The notes: generated by a model not told the origin, from the sequence alone. Positions 32,939 to 44,100 are shown, counted from the first letter of the whole stretch. The stretch is 63,996 nucleotides of DNA, filler included, from Chrysochromulina tobinii (GCA_001275005.1; 6 parts of 6 records of this genome joined end to end with filler, not necessarily neighbours in it); one strand, 5' to 3'. Numbers and translations are program-made.

Positions 32939-33396
32939 CTACGAGTCAGCTAATTGAATTTGGAGTTCCTGGTAGCCAGTGGCCGGGTCGAGCGTTCTGG
33001 TGAACTCAAGCTCAGGCAGCTCGCCAAGCATGACTTCGGCAGTCGTGCGGATGTGGGCTGCGCCCTTGCAGTGACCACCGATGACGGAGCCGTCACGTCG
33101 GCTCAAACTACAATGAAGATGATGTGCGCGGTCTCGGCCTACGGTCCCAACCAGTGAGACAATCTCAAGCTCCTCCTCGTAGGTACAAATCTCCTGTGCT
33201 GCTGCCAAACGCAAGGTTGCACGTGACAGCGAGCCGACGCACGATACAATGCATGCGTCTGGCAATGATCTAGGATGCTCTCGACGAGATCGTCGCCGGG
33301 CATGAGGCGCAACGCGTGCACGATCATCAACGATTTCATCGCCGCGGCATGGAGTGCGAGGATGAGAAGATTTAGCCTCCGCAAGCTGCTTCCCAT
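32939..33396 (-). CDS. PPC/DUF296-domain protein (apparent frameshift near 33255)
   Basis: HALRLMPGDDL in one frame; CVGSLSRATLR...EIVSLVGT...HLHCSLS...IGGH...TTAEV in another. Confidence 0.8.
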
Positions 33397-33840
33397 AGCC
33401 ACAAGTCTCCCGTGTTAGACGCACATGGGAGTTTCGTCATGGGTTCCCGCGATGTGTGCCATCTTACAGTACGTCACAAGTATCGTGTGTGTCGACTCAA
33501 CTGACCTTTTCTCAAGAATGGTGCGTCGCGATGCAGGTTCACAGCCAATGTTTAGAATATGGGCCCAGGGGGCGAGGGCTGGGGACCCGCTTTTCTTTTC
33601 GTCTCTCTTTACAAAAACTTGCACCCGGACCCGGTCAGCGGAAACCGCGGACGCCACCTACGGACGCCTCCCACGCAGCCGGGCGGGTCGGCGGCGGGCG
33701 CAGGCCTGCGGCGCACGCGCAGCTTCAGCCGCGCCGGCATCCGGTGCGAGGCAGCAGCCTCTGTGGGTTACGCACACGCACCAGGCGGGGAGGCGACGAT
33801 GGCGGGGCGCGGCGCATGGAGACTAGATGGCGAGGCGCTG

Positions 33841-33940
33841 NNNNNNNNNNNNNNNNNNNNNNNNNNNNNNNNNNNNNNNNNNNNTTAATTAATTAANNNN
33901 NNNNNNNNNNNNNNNNNNNNNNNNNNNNNNNNNNNNNNNN
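33841..33940. other. Artificial contig linker
   Basis: N-run with TTAATTAATTAA. Confidence 0.99.
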
Positions 33941-34670
33941 TGGGATGCGCGTCGCCCTCCCTTGCAAGTACACTTGGCACCGCCGCCCCGCGAAGCAGGT
34001 ATCTTTTTGGCTCCTGATGCGCTGACGACGACTCGATGGGCAGTTGGCCATGCCCGACGCCACCGCCCCCTCCGGAGACCTGATGGTGGTAAGCTGGGCC
34101 ACCTGATGGGCCGAATAGGAGGGCCTTGTGCTGATGGATTTGCGGCGGCGAGCCGAAAGTCGTCTCACCGTAACGCGATGTGTCGTACTTGGTGTCGTAC
34201 TTGGTACCCCACCTATACTGCAGCTGCTCCGGCCTCCATTGGGGATCAGGGAGGGCGAGACCCGCGCGCGTGCGTACGCCCGCCTCCAAGTGCGGCTCGG
34301 TCTTTGCGCCGTGCGTGTTGCCCGTGAACGAGCCCGTAAGCTCGGACTGCTCGCACGAGGAGGTGGCGGGGTCAGGGTAGTACCGCAGGCTCTCGAGCCA
34401 CGCCTGATTGGCGATCCACGATTGGGTGTGCGGCAGTCGTGCTGAATGCCTCTCGAGGTCGTCTGCGTTTGGCCCCATCGATGCGCCGCCGCGAAAGGCC
34501 TGCGTTAGTGAGGTGCCGTCTGCGTGGGATCTGGAAAGCCGCTCGCGCGAGGAAGCGAAGAACGAAACATCGCAGTACCAATCGGCGCAGCGCAGGTCGG
34601 CGCGGCGTGCCGGGTTGGGGTGGAAGCGTCCTGAAGGCGAGTCCGTCTGTGCAGCCGCTCGAAAGCTCAT
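33941..34670 (-). CDS. Hypothetical protein, 3' truncated by contig edge
   Basis: Open frame from ATG 34670 to the gap; no recognised motif. Confidence 0.45.
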
Positions 34671-34926
34671 CAGCAGGCGCGCCAGCCACGAGAGCCTGGG
34701 GCGCTTTCTTTTTGGGACCGCTGATCGGTGCCGTTGTGATCAGAAATCCAATAAATTGAAAGCCATATTGTGCAGCCATATTGCATGCAACCGTTGTGGG
34801 GCGACGAGCTCGGGGCGAACCCGCCGCGCAGGCGAAAACGGCATGAAACGGAAAAGGAGTTCTGGAGTTGCCTCTTGGCGAGATTGCTCGTAAAACGGTA
34901 AAAGTTCCGGACCCGCTCCGGAAAAC

Positions 34927-35768
34927 TTGAGCCCTGGCCTCGACAACTCGACAGGAAACTCGACAGGAACTCGACAGGCTACTCGACAGGATACCTCGAC
35001 AGACCTCGACAGACCTCGACAGACCTCGACAGACCTCGACAGACCCCCCCCTGACTCCATGTGACGGCCTGTCAAGTGTCAAGCTCGACAGCTCGACAGA
35101 CCTCGACAGACCTCGACACGAGGTAACATGAGGTCTAAGACTGGGATCTAGCATTTTTAGCTGAGAGAAGCCAGGTTAGAGCCCCACTCCTTCAAGGTGA
35201 AGGTTGATGGACCCACTGGTCAACTACACAACTTGGTGGCTGGATGATGGATGTTCAGGTGGACCTTTCGATCCACGTTCGTGCTCTTTCGTGCTCTTTA
35301 TGACCTAATTCTCCTCAGAACTGCATTAAGATTGCATTTTCTGGTCTTGAAACCAGTGGCTAGGTAGGGGTTAGGGGTTAGGGTGTGAACGACGGGTCCT
35401 GATCTCCGAGTTCTTTATCCGTTTGACGCTTTGACCTAGTCTGGTTGGTGGTCTATGTGGAAGTTTATGTGTGGGTCCTCTCAAGGGGGTCCTCTAGGCC
35501 TACACGCCTACTGCTGTGAGAGTCAGAGTGCTTCATGAAAAATAGCAAAGCTACATGCGAGGCTCAAGCTCGACAGCACACTCGACAGTTATAAACTCGA
35601 CAGCCTCGACAGACCTCGACAGGCCGGCACATGTTGGAGTCAGCCTCGACGGGGCTTGACGGGGCTCGACAGGAACTCGACAGGCTCGACAGGCAAGGCC
35701 TCGACAACGGCCTCGACAGCGGCTCGACGGAGCCTCGACAGCTCGACAGCTCGACAGCCAGGGCTCAA
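34927..35768. mobile_element. 842-bp non-autonomous TIR element (MITE)
   Basis: 12-bp TIR TTGAGCCCTGGC/GCCAGGGCTCAA; perfect 8-bp TSD CGGAAAAC (34919-34926, 35769-35776); CTCGACAG arrays in both arms. Confidence 0.92.
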
Positions 35769-35910
35769 CGGAAAACAAGCTACCCCCAGCCCCCCACGCA
35801 CCCTATGATGCTCGGCTCAGAATACAGAAACAGAATTCAGAAAGAGCGCGGCGCGATACAGCCGAGCTTCTCTAAATCTCCATGCCATCAAGACACCCAA
35901 CTCCCACGCT

Positions 35911-38043
35911 TTACATTTTCCTGGAACCGCCCATCATGAGGATAGATTTCGCCTCCTTCGCCTCGTTCATGGCTGCCTGTGCCGCGAGCACCGCGCCATC
36001 GCTCGCCGCATCCAAGCCCGCCGCTGCCGCCGCCGCCATCGCCTCTTTGAGCGCAGCGCCCGCCGCGGCCACCCGGGCGGTGGCCGCCTTGACCTCCTCT
36101 GGGCTCGCCTTCTTCTTCGTGGTGGACTGAGCGGGGGGCTCAGCCGAAACGTCCGAAAGGTCGACTGCGCTGCCGACCCGAGACGGCGCTGCCGACCCGA
36201 GGCTGTCGGGATCGGTGCACGTTGTCGCGAGAGACGCGGAGCTAGCGTTGCGCGACTTCGCGAGTGATGAGACGGAGCTGCTGCTCTCGTTCTTACTCAA
36301 CCTCTTCTCGACCATCCTCAACGTCACCATGAGCGGCGTGATCCTGTATCCGCCCACCATCGCCTCGCCGATCGAATCGAGCGACGCCTGCAGCGCAATC
36401 GATTCTGGCTCTGTCAGCGCAACGATGGCGGCCTTTGCCGCCATCGCGTCCTTTTTGAACGCCAGGCCGAGCGCGGCAAAGTCAAACTTGACAACAAGCT
36501 CGAGCTGCGGCGCCGCCTCCGCCTTCGCCTCCGCCGCAGCATCCGCATCCGATGGCGTTTCTTCGATGTTAAGCCCAGCCAAGCCGACCAGCGCGCACTC
36601 GACAGCCGCCTTGCGCGGCAAGGTGGGGATCGTCGTGCGCCCTAGGACCTCGCGCGCGTACAGGTTGGCATTCGTCACAATGTCCGGCTTGCTCCACTTG
36701 AGTGCTTTGCGCTGCCCATTCATCGCCACGATCCATGCGCGGTACGTCTGCGTGGCCACCTCGTCATCTACGCGCGCCGCCGCCGCTCGAACCGCTCGCA
36801 TCTCCTCCACACTCCCGAGGTTGTCGGAGGCCATATGCTCGATGGGCAGGCCCTTGAGTGTCGAGAGGAAGCTCTTTTCGTACTCGCAGAGCAAGAGGAT
36901 GGCTGCGCCCGACGCCCCAGCGCGGCCTGTACGCCCGATGCGTTGCACGTAGACATCGCGTGACGCGGGAGATCCAACTTGAAGGACGAGCGTGACATCG
37001 GGGTAGTCGACGCCGCGCGCCGACACGTCCGAGGACAGCAGCACCTGCTTCGTGTGCTTGCGGAAGGTGTCGGAGGCGTACGAGCGCTCGGTCGCCGTGC
37101 GTCGCGAGTGGATCTCGAGGACGGCGATCCCCATCTCCACTAGGCAGAGCGTCGAGAACTGCACCTGGCGGGCTGTCGGCAGGAAGGCCATGACCTTGTA
37201 CGTGTCGGGGTGGCTGGCCATCTCCTCGCGGATCAGCGCGTACAGCGCCACCATAGAGCGATCGAGCGGATGAACGAGCACCCGCTGCACAATCTGGGAG
37301 TGCGCGTCGGCCGTCACCTCGCCCACACAGTCGACGACGACGTGGTCGGGCCGGAGAGCCAGCCCCAGAACGGCGAGCATCTTCTCGGGGACCGTCGCCG
37401 AGAAGCAGAGCGTCTGTCGTCCGGCCGGGAGCGCGCTGATGATCTCCTCGATGTCACGCTGGAATCCGCCGTCGAGCAGCATGTCGCACTCATCGAGGAT
37501 GAGCACCTCGACACCGGCGAGCCGCGCGGCGAAGCTTGACGTGGAGTGCAGGTGCTCGATGAGCCGGCCGGGCGTTGCGACCATTACGTCGACAACGCCA
37601 CCGTACTGCGCCGAGAAGCGCTCGGCGATGCTCGGGTCGAGCCGCTCGCGCTGCGGCGTAACACTCGATGCACCCATGATCGTCTCGACGTTGTACTGTG
37701 GCAGCGAGGCGGCAAGCTTTTCGGCCTGCGTGACGATCTGCGTGCCGAGCTCGCGCGCACTGCTCAGCACGAGCGCGCGCACCGGGTCGACGCCGCTAGG
37801 CAAGGGCCGACGGGAGTTGCTCCGTGCAAGCCGCTCGAAGGTGGGCAGAAGGAAGGCAAAGGTCTTTCCGGTGCCAGTCTTGGCCTTTGCGAGCACGTCG
37901 GAGCCGGCGAGGCAGTGGGGCAGACATTCGGATTGGATCGGAGTCAGCTCCTTAACGCCCGCATCAGCGAGGGCTCGCACGAGCTCCTCGCGAATACCCG
38001 GCGCGGCAAGCGCGAGGGTCGGCATCGCGCGGTCTCGTTTCAT
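35911..38043 (-). CDS. DEAD-box RNA helicase (MSS116/DDX18-like clade) with C-terminal extension
   Basis: TPIQ Q-motif, AKTGTGKT, TPGR, DECD, SAT, ARGVD, QRIGRTGR. Confidence 0.92.
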   Translation of the reverse strand: MKRDRAMPTLALAAPGIREELVRALADAGVKELTPIQSECLPHCLAGSDVLAKAKTGTGKTFAFLLPTFERLARSNSRRPLPSGVDPVRALVLSSARELGTQIVTQAEKLAASLPQYNVETIMGASSVTPQRERLDPSIAERFSAQYGGVVDVMVATPGRLIEHLHSTSSFAARLAGVEVLILDECDMLLDGGFQRDIEEIISALPAGRQTLCFSATVPEKMLAVLGLALRPDHVVVDCVGEVTADAHSQIVQRVLVHPLDRSMVALYALIREEMASHPDTYKVMAFLPTARQVQFSTLCLVEMGIAVLEIHSRRTATERSYASDTFRKHTKQVLLSSDVSARGVDYPDVTLVLQVGSPASRDVYVQRIGRTGRAGASGAAILLLCEYEKSFLSTLKGLPIEHMASDNLGSVEEMRAVRAAAARVDDEVATQTYRAWIVAMNGQRKALKWSKPDIVTNANLYAREVLGRTTIPTLPRKAAVECALVGLAGLNIEETPSDADAAAEAKAEAAPQLELVVKFDFAALGLAFKKDAMAAKAAIVALTEPESIALQASLDSIGEAMVGGYRITPLMVTLRMVEKRLSKNESSSSVSSLAKSRNASSASLATTCTDPDSLGSAAPSRVGSAVDLSDVSAEPPAQSTTKKKASPEEVKAATARVAAAGAALKEAMAAAAAAGLDAASDGAVLAAQAAMNEAKEAKSILMMGGSRKM

Positions 38044-38047
38044 GTTA

Positions 38048-38133
38048 GAGACGAGTTCGTTTGTGAGACTTCGCAGTTCGTCACTTCCTTTTCCGAGACT
38101 TGAGTTCGAACACTTCCGATTCTGAGACTTCGC
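38048..38133 (+). repeat. Left TIR of the MULE
   Basis: Reverse complement of 51403-51488. Confidence 0.96.
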
Positions 38134-38139
38134 AGTTCG

Positions 38140-38825
38140 ACCACTACCGTTTGTGAGAGTTCACGGTTCTCCAGTTCCCGGTTTTGTTTGTGAGACTTTG
38201 GCTATTACCGTTTGTGAGACTTGAGTTCATTCGGCCATTACCGTTTGTGAGACTTTAGTTCCTTCGCAGTTCCGTTTGTGAGACTTCGCGGTTCCGTTTG
38301 TGAGACTTCGCAGTTCCGTTTGTGAGACTTCGCAGTTCCGTTTGTGAGACTTGAGTTCCTTCGGCCATTACCGTTTGTGAGACTTTAGTTCCTTCGCAGT
38401 TCCGTTTGTGAGACTTCACGGTTCCGTTTGTGAGACTTCACGGTTCCGTTTGTGAGACTTCGCAGTTCCGTTTGTGAGACTTCGGCCATTACCGTTTGTG
38501 AGACTTTAGTTCCTTCGCGCGTCCGATTCTGAGACTTCGCGGTTCCGTTTGTGAGACTTCGCAGTTCCGTTTGTGAGACTTCGCGGTTCCGTTTGTGAGA
38601 CTTCGCGGTTCCGTTTGTGAGACTTCGCAGTTCCGTTTGTGAGACTTCACGGTTCCGTTTGTGAGACTTCGCAGTTCCGTTTGTGAGACTTCACGGTTCC
38701 GTTTGTGAGACTTCACGGTTCCGTTTGTGAGACTTCACGGTTCCGTTTGTGAGACTTCACGGTTCCGTTTGTGAGACTTCGCGGACCGTTTGTGAGACTT
38801 CGCGGACCGTTTGTGAGACTTCACG
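38140..38825 (+). repeat. Left subterminal array (core CCGTTTGTGAGACTT, mostly 22-bp units)
   Basis: GGTTCCGTTTGTGAGACTTCAC-type units repeated more than 20 times. Confidence 0.96.
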
Positions 38826-39387
38826 GTAGCCAGCGAAGTGGCCAACCTCGAGAGAGAGATGAAGTTGTGCTTGTAGCCTAGGCGGCGGGGTTCGGCGGCT
38901 TCAGAAGGGCACAGAGATGGCGCCCGATGTCCTCCCACGGCTTTCCCACGGCCAGGGTGCTGATGAGGCCTCAGTGTTGAACCACTCTTCTTTCGCTCAG
39001 AGGAGCTCACCACATCAAGCGAGCCGCCGTTCTGGAGATTCATTGGCCACTGCCCCCCCTTAGCACAGTCGACCCCTCTCGGACTTCCTTACAGAAGTAG
39101 CGAGGGAGCCTTGCCATCCGAAGACGACTCGCTAATGACGGATGGGATGGACCGATTTCCCAGCGGCTCTCCGATGCAGCTGAAGAGGGTGACACGAGAG
39201 ACTAGGATCAAGCACGATCGCTCACGCGGGGAAGCTGGGGAGTCCTTGGGACGACATTCTGGCAGCCTTCTTCCACCCAGCCCCCCTTCCCCCCCTGGCA
39301 CGTTCCGCATCTGCAACGAGGGGGATGGGATAAGGCCGTCAGAACCAGCAGGTATGGTCTCGCCAACACACGCAGCGCATACCTCAA

Positions 39388-41193
39388 TCAAAACGGAAAT
39401 GTCAAAAGCGCACCGTCGATGTCCACAGGCCTTGGGATCACAGGAGAATCTAAGAAGCCGTGCACGCGCCAATTCTCACTGTCGACCTCGTCACCTGCAT
39501 GTCCAAAATCTCCACGAAAGAGGATCATGTCCCCTTCCTCAAAGATTGCAATCTCGTGTTTATCAGTGTCGAATGGCCATCCGTGTAGCCTAGTGTGATC
39601 TTGGAGCGCCAAGACAAACGCGAGAGGTACATCTTCAGGTGGCTGATTCCGCAAAGAGTTCCGATCCGCTGAATCAGCGTGGCGTGGTTGGTGTTCCTTG
39701 CGCTTGTTCGATCGAGGAAGGCTTCTCAACCCACACAGAACCGAGAGCTGTTTCTCACCTTGGGAGCACGAAAGGTAGCCAAGCGCACGGAATTTGGCTG
39801 TCAGTTGAGGGCCTACCTCTTCCGTCCAGCTTTGGTGGCCCACGGTGTGCAGTCTCTTGCCATCTGCTACCAGCTTTCCCCCACGCACGTCGTTGAATAT
39901 GGTTTCACACTTGCTTGTTCGGATTTGTCTCTTCATGTGCTCTGGGAGCTTCAACACGTCTTTTATTATGACAAATCCGCGCCTGTGCAGTGGGTTCTGG
40001 CGCATCAGCCAGGTATTTGCACGGGCTTGCAAGCGCTTGTCAAAGTAGTCAGATCGGATGGTTGCCTGCATTTCCGCACTCTCTTTCGACACTCGATCCA
40101 CAAACCCCTCCATCATGCGCAAATTGTATGAGACAACGTGCAGTCCGTCCACTTTCCCTGTGTCTTGCGAGTCCACTGCATTTCCGAGGACGTCCGCGTG
40201 CACGGTGCCATGTAAGCTTTGGTTGTAGTTGCTAACAAGAACGCAAATGAGGTCCTCATGCAGCACTGGGATCGAGACCCCTCGTCCACCCGTGGCAGAT
40301 TCGAAGATGGCGAATTCACGCCATTGAACAGGGTGCTGCTCATCTCCACCCAAGAACAGGATGGCACCGCCGAAGTCGCCTCCCCCATCCATCTTGTCCA
40401 CGTGCAAATCCGCCGCACTGGCATCCGGACGGTCACGCGACATATGACCTCGAACCACCACCTGTTGTGATGGGAATGTCACACCTCCTGGGGGTGCACG
40501 TGGATATTGGCACGTGTTCCTCCACACGTCCTCGTCGCTTTCAGCTCCGTCGAACACACACCAGCTTGCCATGTCGGGAAACAGTGCAGTCAGACACACG
40601 GCCAGGGTACCATTCAGAGAACTCAAAATTGGTTCGATTTCGTCGCTCCTGGATCCCGGTGATCTAGAAAACGGAATGTTCGTCGACCGGCCATCCAGCA
40701 CCACGGAATGTCGCTTCCTTCCAGGCAAAATGCCATGGCCCAGACTGATGTACTGGCCCGCTGCAGGCTGGATCGACGTGGAGTTCACATCCCCTTCTTG
40801 CTTCCCCGCCCAGATTCGTAGCTGATCCACGAGATTCTTTGTCGTCCCTTCTCCAAGGCCATTCATCTTGTCCACTGCGGTGTGCCTGACCCATGCGACA
40901 CGCGCCACAGCCTTGCCGTTTTCCGTTGTTATCTTCGCACCGTGCATGCTTTCTTCGTGAAGAAGAGGTAATGGCACCCGATCCAGAACGAGTCCACCTT
41001 GCGCGGACCTCAGGATTGGATTCCCATTGGACTTTGCAGACGCATGATCTGGATGGGAATGGTGAGATAGGGAGGCTATCACCTCGCCTTTATCTAGCAA
41101 AGCGCCAGACACGTGGAGGCGCACTCCCTCGCCCCTAATCACGTGCTCGGAGATGTCTGCACGCAAGTTCTCACCGGCACGGGTCTTGACTAG
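39388..41193 (-). CDS. Tandem dioxygenase ORF: TET/JBP-like domain + second 2OG-Fe(II) (PhyH-like) domain, in frame with the transposase
   Basis: Domain 1: LHVDKMD...SLHGT...HVVSY. Domain 2: RRGFVII...QPRHAD...GDMILFRGDFGHAG...NWRVH. Confidence 0.75.
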   Translation of the reverse strand, partial: LVKTRAGENLRADISEHVIRGEGVRLHVSGALLDKGEVIASLSHHSHPDHASAKSNGNPILRSAQGGLVLDRVPLPLLHEESMHGAKITTENGKAVARVAWVRHTAVDKMNGLGEGTTKNLVDQLRIWAGKQEGDVNSTSIQPAAGQYISLGHGILPGRKRHSVVLDGRSTNIPFSRSPGSRSDEIEPILSSLNGTLAVCLTALFPDMASWCVFDGAESDEDVWRNTCQYPRAPPGGVTFPSQQVVVRGHMSRDRPDASAADLHVDKMDGGGDFGGAILFLGGDEQHPVQWREFAIFESATGGRGVSIPVLHEDLICVLVSNYNQSLHGTVHADVLGNAVDSQDTGKVDGLHVVSYNLRMMEGFVDRVSKESAEMQATIRSDYFDKRLQARANTWLMRQNPLHRRGFVIIKDVLKLPEHMKRQIRTSKCETIFNDVRGGKLVADGKRLHTVGHQSWTEEVGPQLTAKFRALGYLSCSQGEKQLSVLCGLRSLPRSNKRKEHQPRHADSADRNSLRNQPPEDVPLAFVLALQDHTRLHGWPFDTDKHEIAIFEEGDMILFRGDFGHAGDEVDSENWRVHGFLDSPVIPRPVDIDGALLTFPF

Positions 41194-44100
41194 TCACCTT
41201 TCTCCGAGGTGAGATATTGTTGCTAAGCCAGGGAAAAATGCCTTCCAAAACACTGGTACGGGGAAGTGCATGAGGTGGTTAGGGAGGTAGCCAGCGAAGT
41301 GGCCATTGCCATTGTATTCCACGACAATATACAAGCCATTTGGTTGCCTGGACTTCAGGAAGGTTTCGAGGGTGTCCAACGGGTGGAAGACCTCACTGCA
41401 TTCCGCGTCGCCGTTGTACACCACGAATTGTTTCGGTGATGTTAAGTCCAAGACGAAGATAGGTACGTTGAGGAGATTCGCTAGCACTCCAAAAGTGCCA
41501 TCACTTCCCCCCCAAGTACCGTTCTGCGTGTCCGAGGCACACTTCAAGCCCAAGATCATCTTGACGTTTCGCTCCTGTGCCTGCCCGTCATTCATGAGCA
41601 CCTTGTTACGCTCCAGCACGTGAGTCTGCATGGCACGTAGAAGGATGCTCGACATTCTGTAATCACGCGCCGTTGGGGTCTTCTCAGGTTGTGTTTTCTG
41701 AAGGACTCGGACTGGGTTGGCGTGATCCAACGTGCCGGCGTAGCCAGCCATAACAGCGTACAGCCAGCAAGAGCCATTCCCTTTGACGGTCACACGGGTG
41801 CCGATGAGGTCCTTGGGTACCTTGTCCAATTGAGCCCGAGTCGCTTGAATGCCCTTGGCAACGTCCTCTTTCGACTTTTGAGCTCCTTGGTGTGAATAGT
41901 ACCTCTCAAGCTCCATTTTCCGCCACGCTTCGACAGCATCTTTAGACCATTGCGAGGAGAGCAAGTGCTCATCGATCTCCGTTGCCGCAGCGATCTCACT
42001 ATCAATCGCCATTCTTTCCAAGTGCTCGGTCGTGAGATACATCTCCCATGCCTTCCTGTCCTTGACGCTCATTGTCAAGACATCGACGAAGCTCTCCTTC
42101 CTGGCTCTTTTGGGGGAGGACTCGGCCGATACGTCATTCAAGAGGGCTGATGTTGAGGCATAAGATGCCCGCGCAAACTCCGCCACGTCTGCTGCGCCAT
42201 CCACGGAGAAGCCCACTTTCTCCCAGAATGCCTTCGACTCCGCCTTGCATCCTCCGAGGTTGACGCGGATCTTGGTGTTGGGCTCCAATATGAATAGGAG
42301 GGTACATAGTTGAAAGACAAGCAACGCGCCATTTCCTTTCGCCCCGGACGCGCAACAGCGGACGATCTCGAGGATCACGGCCTTCTCCCTGGCATGTTTC
42401 CTTTGCATCCGTCTCAACAGCATGACACCATCACATGCGTCACCGCGCTTTCGTACGAAGTAGAACGTGTTGTCTTTCGCCGGCGACGTGTGCATGATTG
42501 TCCAAAAAGAGGACAGTGTGGAATTCGGCTGGAACGGAGAGGTTTCATCGAGAGGCACCAGATCTTGAATTGGTAGAGCTGGATCGAGTTCTTGGGCGCC
42601 ACGCATCAAGAGGCAGCCCTTCTCGGATCCATCCAGCTCATAACGCAGGGAAAAGGACCATGGGCATTGCTGATGAGGGTCGGGTCCTATGACGAAGAAG
42701 GAGCTCAATCGACCATCAGGCTTCATTCTCCAAGCTTTTTCCAGAACTGCAGGTGCTGGTGGGTCTTGTGCCTTGATGTCAGACATTGAGGCACCCTGCA
42801 AAAAATTCGTCTGTGAGTCATGGGTTGCCGAGCCACCTGTGTTAGAGGCACCTGACTCCCGCTCCGTTTCTCGCCTCTTCCAAGCTGCTACCGCTTCATC
42901 GTGTTTTACGCAATGACGACTCCATCTTTGAATGTCCTTATCAAAACGGGCTTGAGCATCGTCATCCCGATAGTGCCCGTAGTGACCACGCGTGGGATAC
43001 TTTGGCCTTTCGTCTGCCTTCGAGGGACGCAAGTACTTGTAGTGTTCTCCGTCGTACAAGACATGAATCGAGGGGTTTGCATACGTGAGCTTGGAGGTAG
43101 AGGCATACCGTTCCGGCTCCGTTCGAGTTCCGTCGTGCACGACTAGGTCAACCTCGAGGGCCAAAGCGGTGAGAAGAATGCCTTCTTCGGACACCCATTC
43201 ATCAGCTACGGCCATCTGGGCTCTGAACCATTCCATGGCTTCTTCCGTACTTTGGCCGTCTCGGCGATGCAAGTTCTCAGCAATGACATGTTTGTGATCT
43301 GGGAGTTTACCTACGACAAAGTCCCTGTACTTCGCGTGCTGATGCTCGTCGAATTCAAAGTGTAAAGCCAAGCACCGGAAAAAGCATGCCCCATCACCGA
43401 CGACGTCGAAAACTTCGTACCCAGCTTCGGTTAGGGATCTTTCGAACGCCGCAACTTCCGCCTCCGAGGCATTCTTGCGTCTCGCGTGATCATCCCATTT
43501 CGCGACCTCTGGACCCAGTTCATTCTCGACATTTTGCTCACGCAAGGCCCTGCGAAGCTGTGCAACAAGGTCTTTTTTGAGGAGCTTCGGAGTTAAGCCC
43601 ATTGCGCGGAGGTACGATTGAATAGCTTTGACGGTCATGCTCTGGATTGAGTCTGCCTCCAAAGGAGGGAGGGTTGATCTCGGTAACACTGATGCGGGTA
43701 CCTGAGCAACGACCTCAAGGTTTGCCTCGTCCGTCTCGGCCAGCGGGGCGCCATTCTCATCCACCGTCACTTCCATGTTGACTTCCTCGCCGTCCGCCAC
43801 CTCCTCATCCATCTCATCCATACCTTCCACCTCTTCCTGTGCTCCAGGTGCCTCTTCCGCCCCAGCCTCGTCCGCCTCTTCTTCTTCCTGTGCTCCTGCC
43901 TCATCCGCCTCTGCCACTTCCTCTTCCTGTGCTGATGCGTCTTCCTCTTCCTGTGCTGCTGCCTCATCCTCCTCTTCCGAGGCTCCTGCCGACTCTGCCG
44001 CCTCTGCCTCTTCCTCTTTTTCCGGTGCTGCGATGACATCATCCACTGTCTTCCGTAGCCACTCTCTGTCGTAATGTGACCCCTGCTTCACACCGAGCTC

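Noticed and set aside
33245..33270. Frameshift in the PPC/DUF296 gene
   Set aside because: No slippery site or intron visible; probably an assembly indel or a null allele, undecidable here.
35361..35384. Telomere-like TTAGGG patch
   Set aside because: Only 2-3 imperfect units inside a MITE; not a chromosome end.
38140..38825. Regular short repeats resembling a CRISPR array (also 50875-51400)
   Set aside because: No unique spacers and no cas genes; they are subterminal tandem repeats of the MULE.
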